A stretch of 64,000 bases of DNA, from the NCBI RefSeq assembly GCF_009914755.1, contig NC_060945.1. The stretch is one strand, 5' to 3'. Positions within the stretch are counted from its first letter, which is position 1, and every line of letters begins with the position of its first letter. This document shows, piece by piece, positions 1 through 12,376 of the stretch. Under the pieces are notes generated by a model that saw nothing but the letters and a program-made list of their open reading frames with translations, made no database searches and had not been told where the DNA came from. This DNA comes from the human T2T-CHM13v2.0 reference genome, Homo sapiens. A program made the translations under genes and the position numbers.

Positions 1-430
1 TAGCAAAGACTTGGAACCAACCCAAACGTTCAACAATGATAGACTGGATTAAGAAAATGTGGCACATATACACCATGGAATACTATGCAGCCATAAAAAA
101 TGATGAGTTCATGTCCTTTGTAGGGACATGGATGAAATTGGAAATCATCATTCTCAGTAAACTATCGCAAGAACAAAAAACCAAACACCGCATATTCTCA
201 CTCATATGTGGGAATTGAACAATGAGATCACATGGACACAGGAAGGGGAATATCACACTCTGGGGACTGTTGTGGGGTGGGGTGAGGGGTGAGGGATAGC
301 ATTGGGAGATATACCTAATGCTAGATGACGAGTTAGTGGGTTCAGTGCACCAGCATGGCACATGTATACGTATGTGACTAACCTGCACAATGTGCACATG
401 TACCCTAAAACTTAAAGTATAATAAAAAAA
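1..430 (+). mobile_element. LINE-1 3' end (ORF2 C-terminus, 3' UTR with G-rich tract, short poly(A)); L1PA2-like; 5' part lies outside the window
   Basis: Typical primate L1 3' UTR: G-tract at ~270-295 and ...TACCCTAAAACTTAAAGTATAATAAAAAAA ending at 430. It reads GCTAGATGACGAGTTAGTGGG (GAG rather than the L1HS-Ta ACA) and CTTAAAGTAT, which fits L1PA2. Alpha satellite resumes directly after the A-tail. Confidence 0.95.
3..218 (+). pseudogene. C-terminal fragment of L1 ORF2p (endonuclease/reverse transcriptase protein)
   Basis: Translation AKTWNQPKRSTMIDWIKKMWHIYTMEYYAAIKNDEFMSFVGTWMKLEIIILSKLSQEQKTKHRIFSLICGN* matches the known ORF2p C-terminus with a few substitutions. Whether the upstream ORF is intact cannot be judged here. 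Confidence 0.9.
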
Positions 431-3400
431 GAAAGTTTCAAAACTGCTCTATCACAAGATAGGTTCAACTCTGTGAGATGAATGCACACATCACAAAGAA
501 GTTTCTCATAATGCTTCTGTGTAGTTTTTATGAGAAGATATTTATTTTTCCATCATAGGTCTCAAAGCACTCCAATTATCCACTTGCAGATTCTACAAAA
601 AGAGAGTTTCAAAATGCTCAATCAAAAGAAAAGTTGAACTCTGTGAGATGAATGTTCACATCACAAAGAAGTTTCTCAGAATTCTTCTGTGTAGTTGTTA
701 TGTGAAGATATTTCCTTTTCCACAGTATGGCTCTGAGGGCTCCAAATATCCAGCTGCAGATTCTACTAAAACAGTGTTTCCAAACTGCTAAATCAAAAGA
801 AAGGTTCTACACTGTGAGATGAATGCACACATCACAAAGTAGTTTCTGAGAAGGCTTCTGTGTAGTTTTTATATGAAGATATTTCCATTTCCACAATAGG
901 TCTCAAAGTGCTCCAAATATCCACTTGCAGATTTTACAAAAAGAGTGTTTCAAAATTGCCCAATCAAATGACAAGTTCAGCTCTGTGAGATGAATGCACA
1001 CATAACAAAGAAGTTTCTCAGAATGCTTCTCTGTAATTTTGGGGGAAAGATATTTCCTTTTCCACCATCGGCTACAAATGTCTCAAAATAACCACATGCA
1101 GATTCTACAAAAAGAGAGTTTCCAAACTGCTCTATCAAAAGATAGGTTCAACTCTGCGAGTTGAATGCAAACATCACAAAGAAGTTTCACAGAATGCTTC
1201 TGGGTAGTTTCTATGTGAAGATATGTCCTTTTCCACCATAGGCCTCAAAACGCTCTAAATATCCACTTGCAGACTCTACGAAAACAGTGTTTCAAAACTG
1301 CTCAATCAAAAGAAAGCTTCAACTCTGTGAAATCAATGCACACATCACAAAGAAGGTTCTCGGAATGCTTCTCTGCAGCTTTTAAGAGAATATATTTCCT
1401 TTTCCACAGCAGGCAACAAAGGACTCCAAATATCCATTTGCAGTTTGTACAAAAAGAGAATTTCAACACTGCTCTATCAAAAGACAATTTCAACTCTGTG
1501 ATATGAATGCACACATCACAAAGTATTTTCTCAGAATGCTTCTGTGTAGTTTTTATGTGAAGATATTTCCTTTTCCACCACAAGGCAAAACGGGCTCCAA
1601 ATATCCACGTGCAGATTATACAAAAAGAGTGTTTCAAAACTGCTCAATGAAAAGAAATTTCAACTCTGTGAGATGACTGCACTCAAAACAAAGAACTTTC
1701 TGAGAAAGCTTCTGTGTAGCTTTTATGTGAAAGTATTCCCTTTTCCACAATAGGCCTCAAAGCACTCCAAATATCCAATTGCAGATTCTACAAAAAGAGT
1801 GTTTCAAAACTGCTCAATCAACTGAAAGATTCAACTCTGTGAGTTGAATACACACATCACAAAGAAGTTTCTCAGAATGCTTCTGTGTAGTTTTTATGTG
1901 AAGATATTTCCTATTCAACAATAGGCCGCAAAGGGCTCCAAACATCCACTTGCAGATTCTACAAAAAGAGAGTTTCAAAACTGCTCTATGAAAAGATAGG
2001 TTCAACTCTGTGAGCTGAATGCACACATCAGACAGAAGTTTCTCAGTATGCTTCTGTGTAGTGTTTATGAGAAGATATTTCCTTTTCCACCATAGGCAGA
2101 AAAGGGCTACAAATATCCTCTTGCAGATTCTACAAAAAGAGTTTCAAAACTGCTATATAAAAAGATAGGTTCAACACTATGAGTCGAATGCACACATCAC
2201 AAAGAAGTTTCTCAGAATGTTTCTGTGTAGTGTTTATATGAAGATATTTCCTTTCCACCATAGACCTCAAAGCGCTCAAAATATCCACTTGCAGATTCTA
2301 CAAAAAGAGTGTTTCAAAACGGCTCTATGGAATGAAAGTTTCAACTCTGTGAGATGAATGCACACTTCACAAAGAAGTTTGTCAGCATGCTTCTGTGAAG
2401 TTTTTATATGAAGATATTTCCTTTTCCACCATAGGCCTCAATGCGCTCCTTGTATCCACTTGCAGATTCTACAAAAAGATTTTCAAAAATGCTCAATGAA
2501 ATGAAAGGTGCAACTCTGTGCGATGAATGCACACATCACAAAGAATTTTCACAGAATGCTTCTGTGTAGTTTTTCTGTGAAGATATTTCCTTTTCCACAA
2601 TAGACCTCAAAGTGCTTCATATATCTACTTGCAGATTCTACAAAAAGAGTGTTTCCAAGCTGCTCAATCAAAAAGAGTTTCACCTCTGTGAGATGAATGC
2701 ACACAATAAAAGAAGTTTCTCTGAATGCTTCTGTGTGCTTTTTATGTGAAGATATTGCCATTTCCTCCAAAGGCCCCAAAGGGCTCCAAATATCCACTTG
2801 CAGATTGTACAAAAAGAGAGTTTCAAAACTGCCCTATCAAAAGATATTTTCAACTTTGTGTGTTGAATGCACACATGACAAAGAAGTTTCTCAGAATGTT
2901 CCTGTGTAGTTTTTTTGTTAAGATATTTACTTTTTCTCTGTACTCTGCAAAGGGCTCCTAATATCCGCTTGCAGATTCTACAAAAAGAAGGTTTCCAAAC
3001 TGCTCTAACAAAAGATAGGTTCAACTCTTTGAGTTGAATGCTCACATCACAAAGAAGTTTCTCAGATTGCTTCAGTGTAGTTTTTATGTGAAGATATTTC
3101 CTTTTCCAACATAGGCATCAAAGGGCTCCAAATATCCACTTACAGATTCTACACAAAGAGAGTTCCAAAACGGCTCTATAAAAAGATAGGTTGAACTCTG
3201 TGAGTTGAATGCACACATCACAAAGAAGTTTCTCAGAAAGCTTCTGTGTTGTTTTTATGTGAAGATATTTCCTTTTCCACCATAGGCCTCACAGTGCTCC
3301 AAATATCCCATTGCAGATTCTACCCAAAGAGTGTTTCAAAAGTGCTCAATCAAAAGAAACGTTCAAATTTTTGAGATGAATACACATATCACAACGAAGT

Positions 3401-6400
3401 TTCTCAGAATCCTTCTGTGTAGTTTTTGTGTGAAGATATTTCCTTTTCCATCATAGGAGCAAATGGCTCCAAATATCCACTTGTAGATTCTACCAAAAGA
3501 GAGTTTCAAAACTTCTCTATCAAAAGATAGGTTCAACTCTGTGAGCTGAATGCACACATCTCAAAGAAGTTTCTCAGAATGCTTCTGTTCCTTTTTTATG
3601 TTAATATATTTCCTTCTACACCACAGGCCACAAAGGGCTCCCAATATCCACTTGCAGATTCTGCAAAATGAGAGTTTCAATACTGCTCTGTCAAAAGATA
3701 GGTTCAACTACGTGAGCTGAATGCACACATCACAAAGAAGTTTCTCAGAATACTTCTGTGTAGTTTTTATGTAAAGATGTTTCATTTTCCACCATAGGCC
3801 TCAATGTGCTCCAAATTTCCACTTGCAGATTCTTCAAAAAGAGTGTTTCATAACTCCTCAATCAAAAGAAAGTTTCAACTCTGTGAGATGAATGAGCACA
3901 TCACAAAGAAGTTTCTCACAATGCTTCTGTGCAGTTCTTATGTGAAGATATTTCCCTTCCCAACATAGGCCACAAAGGTCTCTAAATATCCCCTTGCAGA
4001 TTCTACAAAAAGAGAGTTTCAAAACTGCTCTATCAAAATATATGTTCAACTCTGTGAGATGAATGCACACCTCAGAAACAAGTTTCTCAGAATGCTTCTC
4101 TGTAGTTTTTACGTGAAGATATCTCATTTTCCACCATAGGCCTCAACGTGCTCAAATACCACTTGCAGATTCTACAAAAAGAGTGTTTCAATACTGCTCA
4201 AGTCTAAAGAAAGGATCAACCCTGTGACACAAATGCACACAAAACAAAGAAGTGTCTCAGAATCCTTCTGTGTAGTTTGTATGTGAAGATGTTACCTTTT
4301 CCACATTAGGCGACAAAGCACTCCAAATTTCCAATTGCAGATTCTACAAAAAGAGTGTTTCAAAACTACTCAATCAAATGAAAGGTTCAACTCTGTGAGC
4401 TGAATGTACACATCACAAGGAAGTTTCTCAGAATGTTTCTGTGTAGTTTTTAGAGGAAGATATTTCTTTTTCCACCACTGGCCACAATGGGCTCCAAATA
4501 ATCACACACAGATTCTACAAAAAGACTGTTTCAAAACTGCTATATCAAAAGATCAGTACAATGCTGCGAGTTGAATGCACACATCACAAAGAAATTTCTC
4601 GGAATCCTTCTGTGTAGTTTTTATGTGAAGATATATCCCTTTCCACCATAGGCCTCAAAGCGCTCCATATATCCACTTGCAGATTCTGTGAAAAAAGTGT
4701 CTCAAATCTGTTCAAACAATACAAAATTTAACACTCTGAGATGAATGCACACATTACAAAGAATTTTCCCAGAATACTTCTGTGTAGTTTTTAGGGGAAC
4801 ATATTTCCTTTTCCTCCATTGGCCACAAAGGGTTCCAAACAACCACATGCAGATTTTACAAAAAGAAAGTGCCAAAACTGCTCAATCAAAAGAAAGATTC
4901 AACTCTGTGAGATGAATGCACACATCACACGAAGTTTCTCAGAATGCTTCTGTGTTGTTTTTATGTGAAGATATTTCCTTTTCCACCATAGGCCTCTAAG
5001 TGCACCAACTATACACTTCCAGATTCTACAAAAAGAATGTTTTAAAACTGCTCAATCAAAAGAAAGTATCAACTCTGTGAGGAAATGCACACATCACAAA
5101 GAAGTTTCTCAGAATGATTCTGTGTAGTTTTTAAGTGAAGGTATTTACTTTTATACAATACGGCTCCAAGGGCTCCAAATATTCACTTGCATTTCTACTG
5201 AAAGAATTTTTCCAAACTGCTCAATCAAAAGAATGGTTCAACTGTGTGAGATGAGTGCACACATCACAAAAAGTTTCTAAGCATGCTTCTGTGTAGTTTT
5301 AGGGAAGGATATTTCCTTTTCCACCATTGGCCAAAAAGGGCTCCAAATATCCACTTGCACATTTTACATAAAGACAGTTTCAAAACTGCTCTATCAAAAG
5401 ACATATTCAACTCTGTGAGTTGAATGCACACATCACAAAGAAGTTTCTCAGAATGCTTTTCTGTAGTTTTTATGTTAAGATATTTCCTTTTCTACAATGG
5501 ACTTCAAAGTGCTCCAAATATCCACTTGAAGATTCTATGAAAAGAGTTTTTCCAAACTGCTCAATCAGAAGAAAGGTTCAACTCTGTGAGATGAATGCAC
5601 AAATCACAACAAAGTTTCTCAAAATGCATCTGTGTAGTTTTTGTGTGAAGATATATCCTTTTCCACCATAGACCACAAAGAGCTCCAAATATCCACTTGC
5701 AGATTCTACAAAAAGAGAGTTTCAAAACTGCTCAAAAAAAAGATAGGTTCAACTCTGTCAGATGAATGCACACAAAACAAAGAAGTGTCTCAGAATGCTT
5801 CTGTGTAGTTTGTATGTGAAGATATTACCTTTTCCACATTAGGTGACAAAGCACTCCAAATTTCCAATTGCAGATGCTACAAAAAGAGTGTTTCAAAACT
5901 ACTCAATCAAATGAAAGGTTCAACTCTGTGAGCTGAATATACACATCACAAAGAAGTTTCTCAGAATGTTTCTGTGTAGTTTTTAGAGAAAGACATTTCC
6001 TTTTCCACCATTGGCCACAAAGGGCTCCAAATAATCACACACAGATTCTACAAAAAGACTGTTTCAAAACTGCTATATCAAAAGATAAGTTCAACTTTGC
6101 AAGTTGAATGCACACATCACAAAGAAGTTTCTCAGAATCCCTCTGTGTAGAGTGTCTCAAAACTGCTCAAACAATAGAAACTTTAACACCATGATATGAA
6201 TGCATACATTACAAAGAAGTTTCTCAGAATGCTTCTGTGTAGTTTTTAGGGGTACATATTTCCTTTTCATCCATTGGCCACAAAGGGCTCCAAATAACCA
6301 CATGCAGAATTTACACAAAGAAAGTTTCAAAACTACTCAATCAAAAGAAAGGTTCCACTCTATGAGATGAATACACACATCACAACGAAGTTTCTCAGAA

Positions 6401-9400
6401 TGCTTCCATGTTGTTTTTATGTGAAGCTATTTCCTTTTCCACCATAGGCCTCTAAGCGCACCAAATATCCACTTGCAGATTCTACAAAAAGAGTGTTTCA
6501 AAACTACTCAACTAAAAGAAAGGTTCAACTCTGTGAGATGAATGCACACATCACAGAGAAGTTTCTGAGAATGCTTCTGTTAATTTTTATGTGAATATAT
6601 TTCCTTTTCTACAAAGGCCCCAAGGCTCTGCAAATATCCACTTGCAGATTCTACAAAAAGAGTGTTTCAAAACTCCTCAATCAAATGAAAGGTTCAAATA
6701 TGTGAGCTAAATGCACACATGACAAAGAAGTTTCTCAGAATGCTTCTGTGTACTTTTTATGAGAAGATATTTCCTTTTCCACCATAGGCCTCAAAGGGCT
6801 CCAAATATACACATGAAGATTCCAAAAAAAGACAGTTTCAAAACTCCTCTAACAAAAGATAGGTTCAACTCTGTGACTTGAATGCACACATCAAAAGCAG
6901 TTTATCAGAGTAATTCTGTGTAGTTTTTATGTGAAGATATTTCCTTTTCCACCAATGGCCAAAATGCCCTCCAAATATCCACATGCAGATTCTACGAAAA
7001 GAGTGTTTCCAATCTGCTCAAAAGAAAGGTTCAACTTTGTGAGATGAAAACACACATCACAAGGAAGTTTCTCAGAATGCTTCCATGCAGTTTTTATGTT
7101 AAGATATTTCTTTTTCCACCATGGGTCATAAGGGCTCCAAATATCCCCTTGCAGGTTCTACAAAAAGAGAGTTTCAAAACTGCCGTATCAAAAGATAGGT
7201 TCAACTCTGTGAGATGAATACACACATCACAAAGAAGTTTCTCAGAATGCTTCTGCTTATTTTTTTGTGAAGATATTACCTTTTCCACCATATGCCTCCA
7301 AGTCCTCTAAATATGCACTTGCAGATTCTACAAAAAAAGAGATTCAAAATTACTCAATCAAAAGGAAGTTTCAACTCTGTGAGACGAATGCACACATCAC
7401 AAAGAAGTTTCTCAGAATGCTTCTATGTAGTTTTTATGTGAAGATATTTCCTTTTCCACATTAGGCCTCCAAGGGCTCCAAATATCCACTTGCAGATTCT
7501 ACAAAAAGATTGTTTCCAAACTGCTCAATCAAAAGAAATTTTCAACACTGTGAGATGAATGCACACATCTCAAAGAAGTTTCTGATAATGCTTCTGTGCA
7601 GTTTTTATGTGAAGATGTTTCCTTTTCCACAATAGGCCTCACAGCACTCCAATTATACCCTTGCAGATCCCACAAAAAGAGTGTTTGAAAACTGCTCAAT
7701 CAAATGAAAGTTTCACCTCTGTGAGAAGAATGCACACATCCCAAAGAAGTTTCTCAGAATGCTTCTGTGTAGTTTTTATATAAAGATATTTCCTTTTCCA
7801 CCATAGGCCTCAAAGGGCTCCGAATATCCCCTTGCAGATTCTACAAAAAGAGAGTTTCAAAACTGCTCTATCAAAAGATAGGTTCAAATCTGTGTGATAA
7901 ATGCACACATCCCAAACAAATTTCTCAGAATGCTTCTGTGTATTTTTTATGTGAAGATATTTCAATTTCCACCATAGGCCTCAAAGCTCTCCAATTATCC
8001 ACTTGCAGATCCTACAAAAAGATTTTCAGAACTGCTCTATCAAAAGAAAAGTTCAACTCTGAGAGATGAATGCACACAAAACAAAGAGGTTTTTGAGAAT
8101 GCTTCTGTGTAGTTTTTCTGTGAAGTTATTTCCTTTTCCACAATAGGCCACAAAGAGCTCCAAATATCCCCTTGCAGATTCTACAAAAAGAGAGTTTCAA
8201 AACTGCTCTATCAAAAGATAGGTTCAACTATGTGGTTTGAATGCACATATGAAAAAAGCAGTTTCTCAGAATGCTTCTGTGTAGTTTTTATGAGAAGATA
8301 TTTCCTTTTCCCCAATAGGCCTCCAAGGGCTCCAAATATCCACTTGCAGATTCTATTAAAAGAGTGTTTCCAAACTGCTCAATATAATGAAAGTTTCAAT
8401 ACTGTGAGATGAATGCTCACATCAAAAATAAGTTTCTGAGAATGCTTCTGTGTACTTTTTATGTGAAGATATTTCCTTTTCAACAATAGGCCTCAAAGAG
8501 CTCCAATTATACACTTGCAGATTCTACAAAAAGAGTGTTTGAAAACTGCTCAATCAAATGAAATATTCACCTCTGTGAGATGAATGCACACATCACAAAG
8601 AAGTTCCTCAGAATACTTCTGTGTAGTTTTTATGTGAGGATGTTTCCTTTTCCAACATTGGCTGCAAAGGGCTCCAATTATCCAGTTGCAGATACCACAA
8701 AAAGAGAGTTTCCAAACTGCTCTATCAAAAGATAGGTTCAACTATGTGAGATGAATACACAAATCCCAAACAAGTTCCTCAGAATGCTTCTGTGTAGTTA
8801 TTATGTGAAGTTATTTCCATTTCAACCATTGACTTCTAAGCTCTCCAAATATCCTCTTACATATTCTACAAAAAGAGCGTTTCAAAACTGTCCAATCAAA
8901 AGAAATGTTCAACACTGGGAGATGAATGCACACATCTCAAAGAAGTTTCTCAGAATGCTTCTATCTGGTATTTATGTGAAGATATCTCCTTTTCCACCAT
9001 AGGCTTCAAAGAGCTTCAAATGTCCACTTGCAGATCCCACAAAAAGAGATTTTCAAAACTGCTCAATCAAAAGAAATGTTTCACACTGTGAGATAAATGA
9101 ACACATCACAAGGAAGTTTCTCAGATTGCTTCTGTCTAGATTTTATGTGAAGATATTTCCTTTTCCACCATACGCCTCAAGGTGCTCGAAATGTCAACTT
9201 GCAGATACTTCAAAAAGAGGATTTCCAAACTGGTCATTCAAAAGAAACCTTCAACTCTGAGATATGAATGCACACATCACAAAAAAGTTTCTCAGAATGC
9301 TTCTATCTGGTTTTCATGTGAAGATATTTCCTTTTTCACCATAGACTTCAAAGTGCTCCAAATGTCCGATTACAGATTCTACAAAAAGAGAGTTTCAAAC

Positions 9401-10450
9401 TGCTCAATCCAAACAAAGGTTTAATTATGTGAGATAAATGAACACCTCACAAAGAAGTTTCTCAGATTGCTTCTATCTAGATTTTATGTGAAGTTATTTC
9501 CTTTTCTACCATAGGCCGCAAAGAGCTCCAAATCTCCACTTGCAAATTCTACAAAAAGACTGTTTCCAAACTGCTCAATCAAAAGAAAGGTTGAACTCTG
9601 TGAGATGAACGCACACATCGCCAAGAACTTTGTCAGAATTCTTCTGTCTAGTTTTTATGTGAAGATATTACCTTTTCCAAAATAGGCCTCAAAAAGCTCC
9701 AAATGTCCACTTGCAGATACTACAAAAAGAGAGTTTCAATACTGCTCACTAAAAAAAAAAAAAGCTTTAACTCTGTGAGAAGAAGGAACACATCAGAAAG
9801 AAATTTCTCAGATTGCTTCTGTCTAGATTTTATATGAAGATATTTCCTTCCTACCATTGGCCGCAAAGCACTCCAAATGTCCACTTGCAGATTCTACAAA
9901 AAAAGATTTTCAAAACTGCCCAATCAAAAGGAAGGTTCAACGCCGTGAGTTGAACCCACCCATTACAAACAAGTTTCTCAAAATTCTTTTCTCTAGTTTT
10001 TAGGTGAAGATATTTCCTTTTCCACCTTTGGCCTCAAAGTGCTCAAAATGTCCACTTGCAGATTTTACGAAAAGAGTTTCAAAACTGCTCAATCAAAAGA
10101 AAGGTTTATCTCTGGGAGATGAATGCACACATAACAAAGGGGTTCCTCAGATTGCTACTGTCTAGATTTTATGTGAAGATATTTCCTTTTCTACCATAGG
10201 CCGCAAAGCGCTCCAAATGTCCACTTGTAGATTCTACAAAAAGAGTGTTTCCAAACTGCTCAATCAAAAGAAACGTTTACCTCCGTGAGATGAATGCACA
10301 AATCACAAAGAAGTTTCTCAGAAGTTTTCTGCCTAGTTTTTATGTGAAGATATTTCCTTTTCCACCACATGCCTCAAGGATCTCGAAACGTCCAATTGCA
10401 GATTCTTCAAAAAGAGTATTTCAAAACTCGTCCTTCAAAAGAAAGGTTCA
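431..10450 (-). repeat. Alpha satellite, divergent ~171-bp monomers (pJalpha/A-box type, no CENP-B box)
   Basis: About 171-bp periodic GAATGCACACATCACAAAGAAGTTTCTCAGAATGCTTCTG...GAAGATATTTCCTTTTCCACCATAGGCCTCAAAG...CCACTTGCAGATTCTACAAAAAGAG, the reverse complement of the ALR consensus. Neighbouring monomers are clearly divergent. Confidence 0.98.
10437..10450 (+). repeat. Left target-site duplication of the SVA (AAAAGAAAGGTTCA)
   Basis: The same 14-mer recurs at 12363-12376. Cleavage context TC/AAAA fits an L1-endonuclease site. Confidence 0.88.
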
Positions 10451-12158
10451 GCTCTCCCTCTCCCTCTCCCTCTCCTCATGGTCTCCCTCTCCCTCTCCCC
10501 ATGGTCTCCCTCTCCCTCTCTTTCCACTGTCTCCCTCTGATGTCGAGCCGAAGCTGGACTGTACTGCTGCCATCTCTGCTCACTGCAACCTCCCTGCCTG
10601 ATTCTCCTGTCTCAGCCTGCTGAGTGCCTGCAATTGCAGGCGTGCGCCACCACGTCTGACTGGTTTTTGTATTTTTTTGGTGGAGACGGGGTTTCGCTGT
10701 GTTGGCTGGGCTGGTCTCCAGCTCCTAACCGCGAGTGATCTGCCAGCCTCGGCCTCCCGAGGTGCTGGGATTGCAGATGGAGTCTCATTCACTCAGTGCT
10801 CAATGTTGCCCAGGCTGGAGTGCAGTGGCATGATCTCGGCTCGCTACAACCTCCACCTCCCAGCCACCAGCCTTGGCCTCCCAAAGTGCCGAGATTGCAG
10901 TCTCTGCCCAGCCGCCACCCCATCTGGGAAGTGAGGAGCATCTCTGCCTGGCCGCCCATCGTCTGGGATGTGTGGAGCCCCTCAGCCTGGCTGCCCAGTC
11001 TGGGAAGTGAAGAGCACCTCTTCCCAGTTGCCATCCCATCTAGGAAGTGAGGAGCGTCTCTGCACAGACACCCATCGTCTGAGATGTGGGGAGCGCCTCT
11101 GCCCCGCCACCCCATCTGGGATGTGAGGAGTGCCTCTGCCCAGCCACGACCCCGTCTGGGAGGTGAGGAGCGTTTCTGCCCGGCTGCCCCGTCTGAGAAA
11201 TGAGGAGCCCCTCTGCCCGGCAGCTGCCCCATCTGGGAAGTGAGGAGTGTCTCCGCCCGGCAGCCGCCCCGTCCAGGAGTGAGGTGGGGGGCAACCCCCA
11301 CCCGGCAAGCCACCCTGTCTGGGAGGAAGGTGGGGGGCAGCCCCCGCCCAGCCAGCCACCCCATCTGGGAGGAAGGTGGGGGGCAGCCCCCACCCGGCCA
11401 GCTGCCCCATCCGGGAGGAAGGTGGGGGGCAGCCCCCGCCCGGCCAGCCACCCCGGCAGGGAGGGAGGTGGGGAGCAGCCCATGCCCGGCCAGCCACCCC
11501 ATCCAGGAGGTGGGGGGCATCCCCCACCCGGCCAGCCACCCCATCCGGGAGGTGGGGGGCGCCTCTGCCCGGCCACCCCTTCTGGGAAGTGAGGAGCCCC
11601 TCTGCCCGGCCGCCACCCCGTCTGGGAGGTGTACCCAACAGCTCATTGAGAACAGGCCATGATGACGATGGTGGTTTGTCAAATAGAAAAGGGGGAAATG
11701 TGGGGAAAAGATAGAGAAATCAGATTGTTGCTGTGTCTGTGTAGAAAGAAGTAGACATAGACTCCATTTTGTTCTGTACTAAGAAAAATTCTTCTGCCCT
11801 GGGATGCTGTTGATCTGTGACCTTACCCCCAACCCAGTGCTCTCTGAAACATGTGCTGTGTCCACTCAGGGTTAAATGGATTAAGGGCAGTGCAAGATGT
11901 ACTTTGTTAAACAGATGCTTGAAGGCAGCATGCTCGTTAAGAGTCATCACCACTCCCTAATCTCAAGTACCCAGGGACACAAACACTGTGGAAGGCCTCA
12001 GGGTCCTCTGCCTAGGAAAACCAGAGACCTTTGTTCACTTGTTTATCTGCTGACCTTCCCTCCACTATTGTCCTATGACCCTGCCAAATCCCCCTCTGCG
12101 AGAAACACCCAAGAATGATCAATAAAAAAAAAAGAAAAAAAAACAACAAAAACAAAAA
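10451..12158 (+). mobile_element. Full-length SVA retrotransposon, older subfamily (SVA_B/C-like)
   Basis: (CCCTCT)n head ~10451-10540, antisense Alu-like region ~10540-10900, GC-rich VNTR ~10900-11630, SINE-R ~11630-12120, AATAAA at 12121 and A-rich tail to ~12158. The SINE-R reads GATAGAGAAATCAGATTGTTGCT, as in older SVAs, and many CpGs are decayed. Confidence 0.96.
10900..11630 (+). repeat. SVA VNTR (~35-50-bp GC-rich units)
   Basis: Repeats of GCCACCCCATCTGGGAAGTGAGGAGCGTCTCTGCC and CCAGCCACCCCATCCGGGAGGAAGGTGGGGGGCAGCCCC. Boundaries are approximate. Confidence 0.9.
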
Positions 12159-12366
12159 CTAGAAGAGTATAATTGGATGTTTGTAACACAAAGGATAATA
12201 AATACCTGAGGGAATGGATAGTCTATTTTCCATGCTGTGATTTTTACACCCTGCATGCCTGTATCAAAACATCTCATGTATCCATAAATATATATACCTA
12301 CTAAATACCCACCAAAATTAAAAATTAAAAAATAAATAAAGTATACAAAATGAAAGGCAAAAAAAA
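12159..12366 (+). mobile_element. 3'-transduced flank: old L1MA-type 3' UTR end with AATAAA and a second A-tail
   Basis: GAGTATAATTGGATGTTTGTAACACAAAGGATA...GCATGCCTGTATCAAAACATCTCATGTATCCATAAATATATATACCTACT...AAAATTAAAAAT resembles L1MA 3' ends. AATAAA at ~12331-12340, A-run at 12359-12366. It lies between the SVA tail and the right TSD. Confidence 0.82.
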
Positions 12367-12376
12367 GAAAGGTTCA
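12363..12376 (+). repeat. Right target-site duplication of the SVA plus transduction
   Basis: AAAAGAAAGGTTCA, identical to 10437-10450. The alpha monomer then resumes in register (ACTCTGAGATATGA). Confidence 0.88.

Noticed and set aside
83-397. 104-aa antisense ORF
   Set aside because: It is a common antisense reading of the L1 3' end.
10245-12118. GC-rich overlapping ORFs up to 297 aa
   Set aside because: They fall inside the SVA Alu-like region, VNTR and SINE-R. SVA is non-coding, and GC-rich repeats lack stop codons.
12159-12366. Independent L1MA insertion into alpha satellite
   Set aside because: It lies within the SVA TSDs, has no TSD of its own, and L1MA is too old to have inserted into this satellite.
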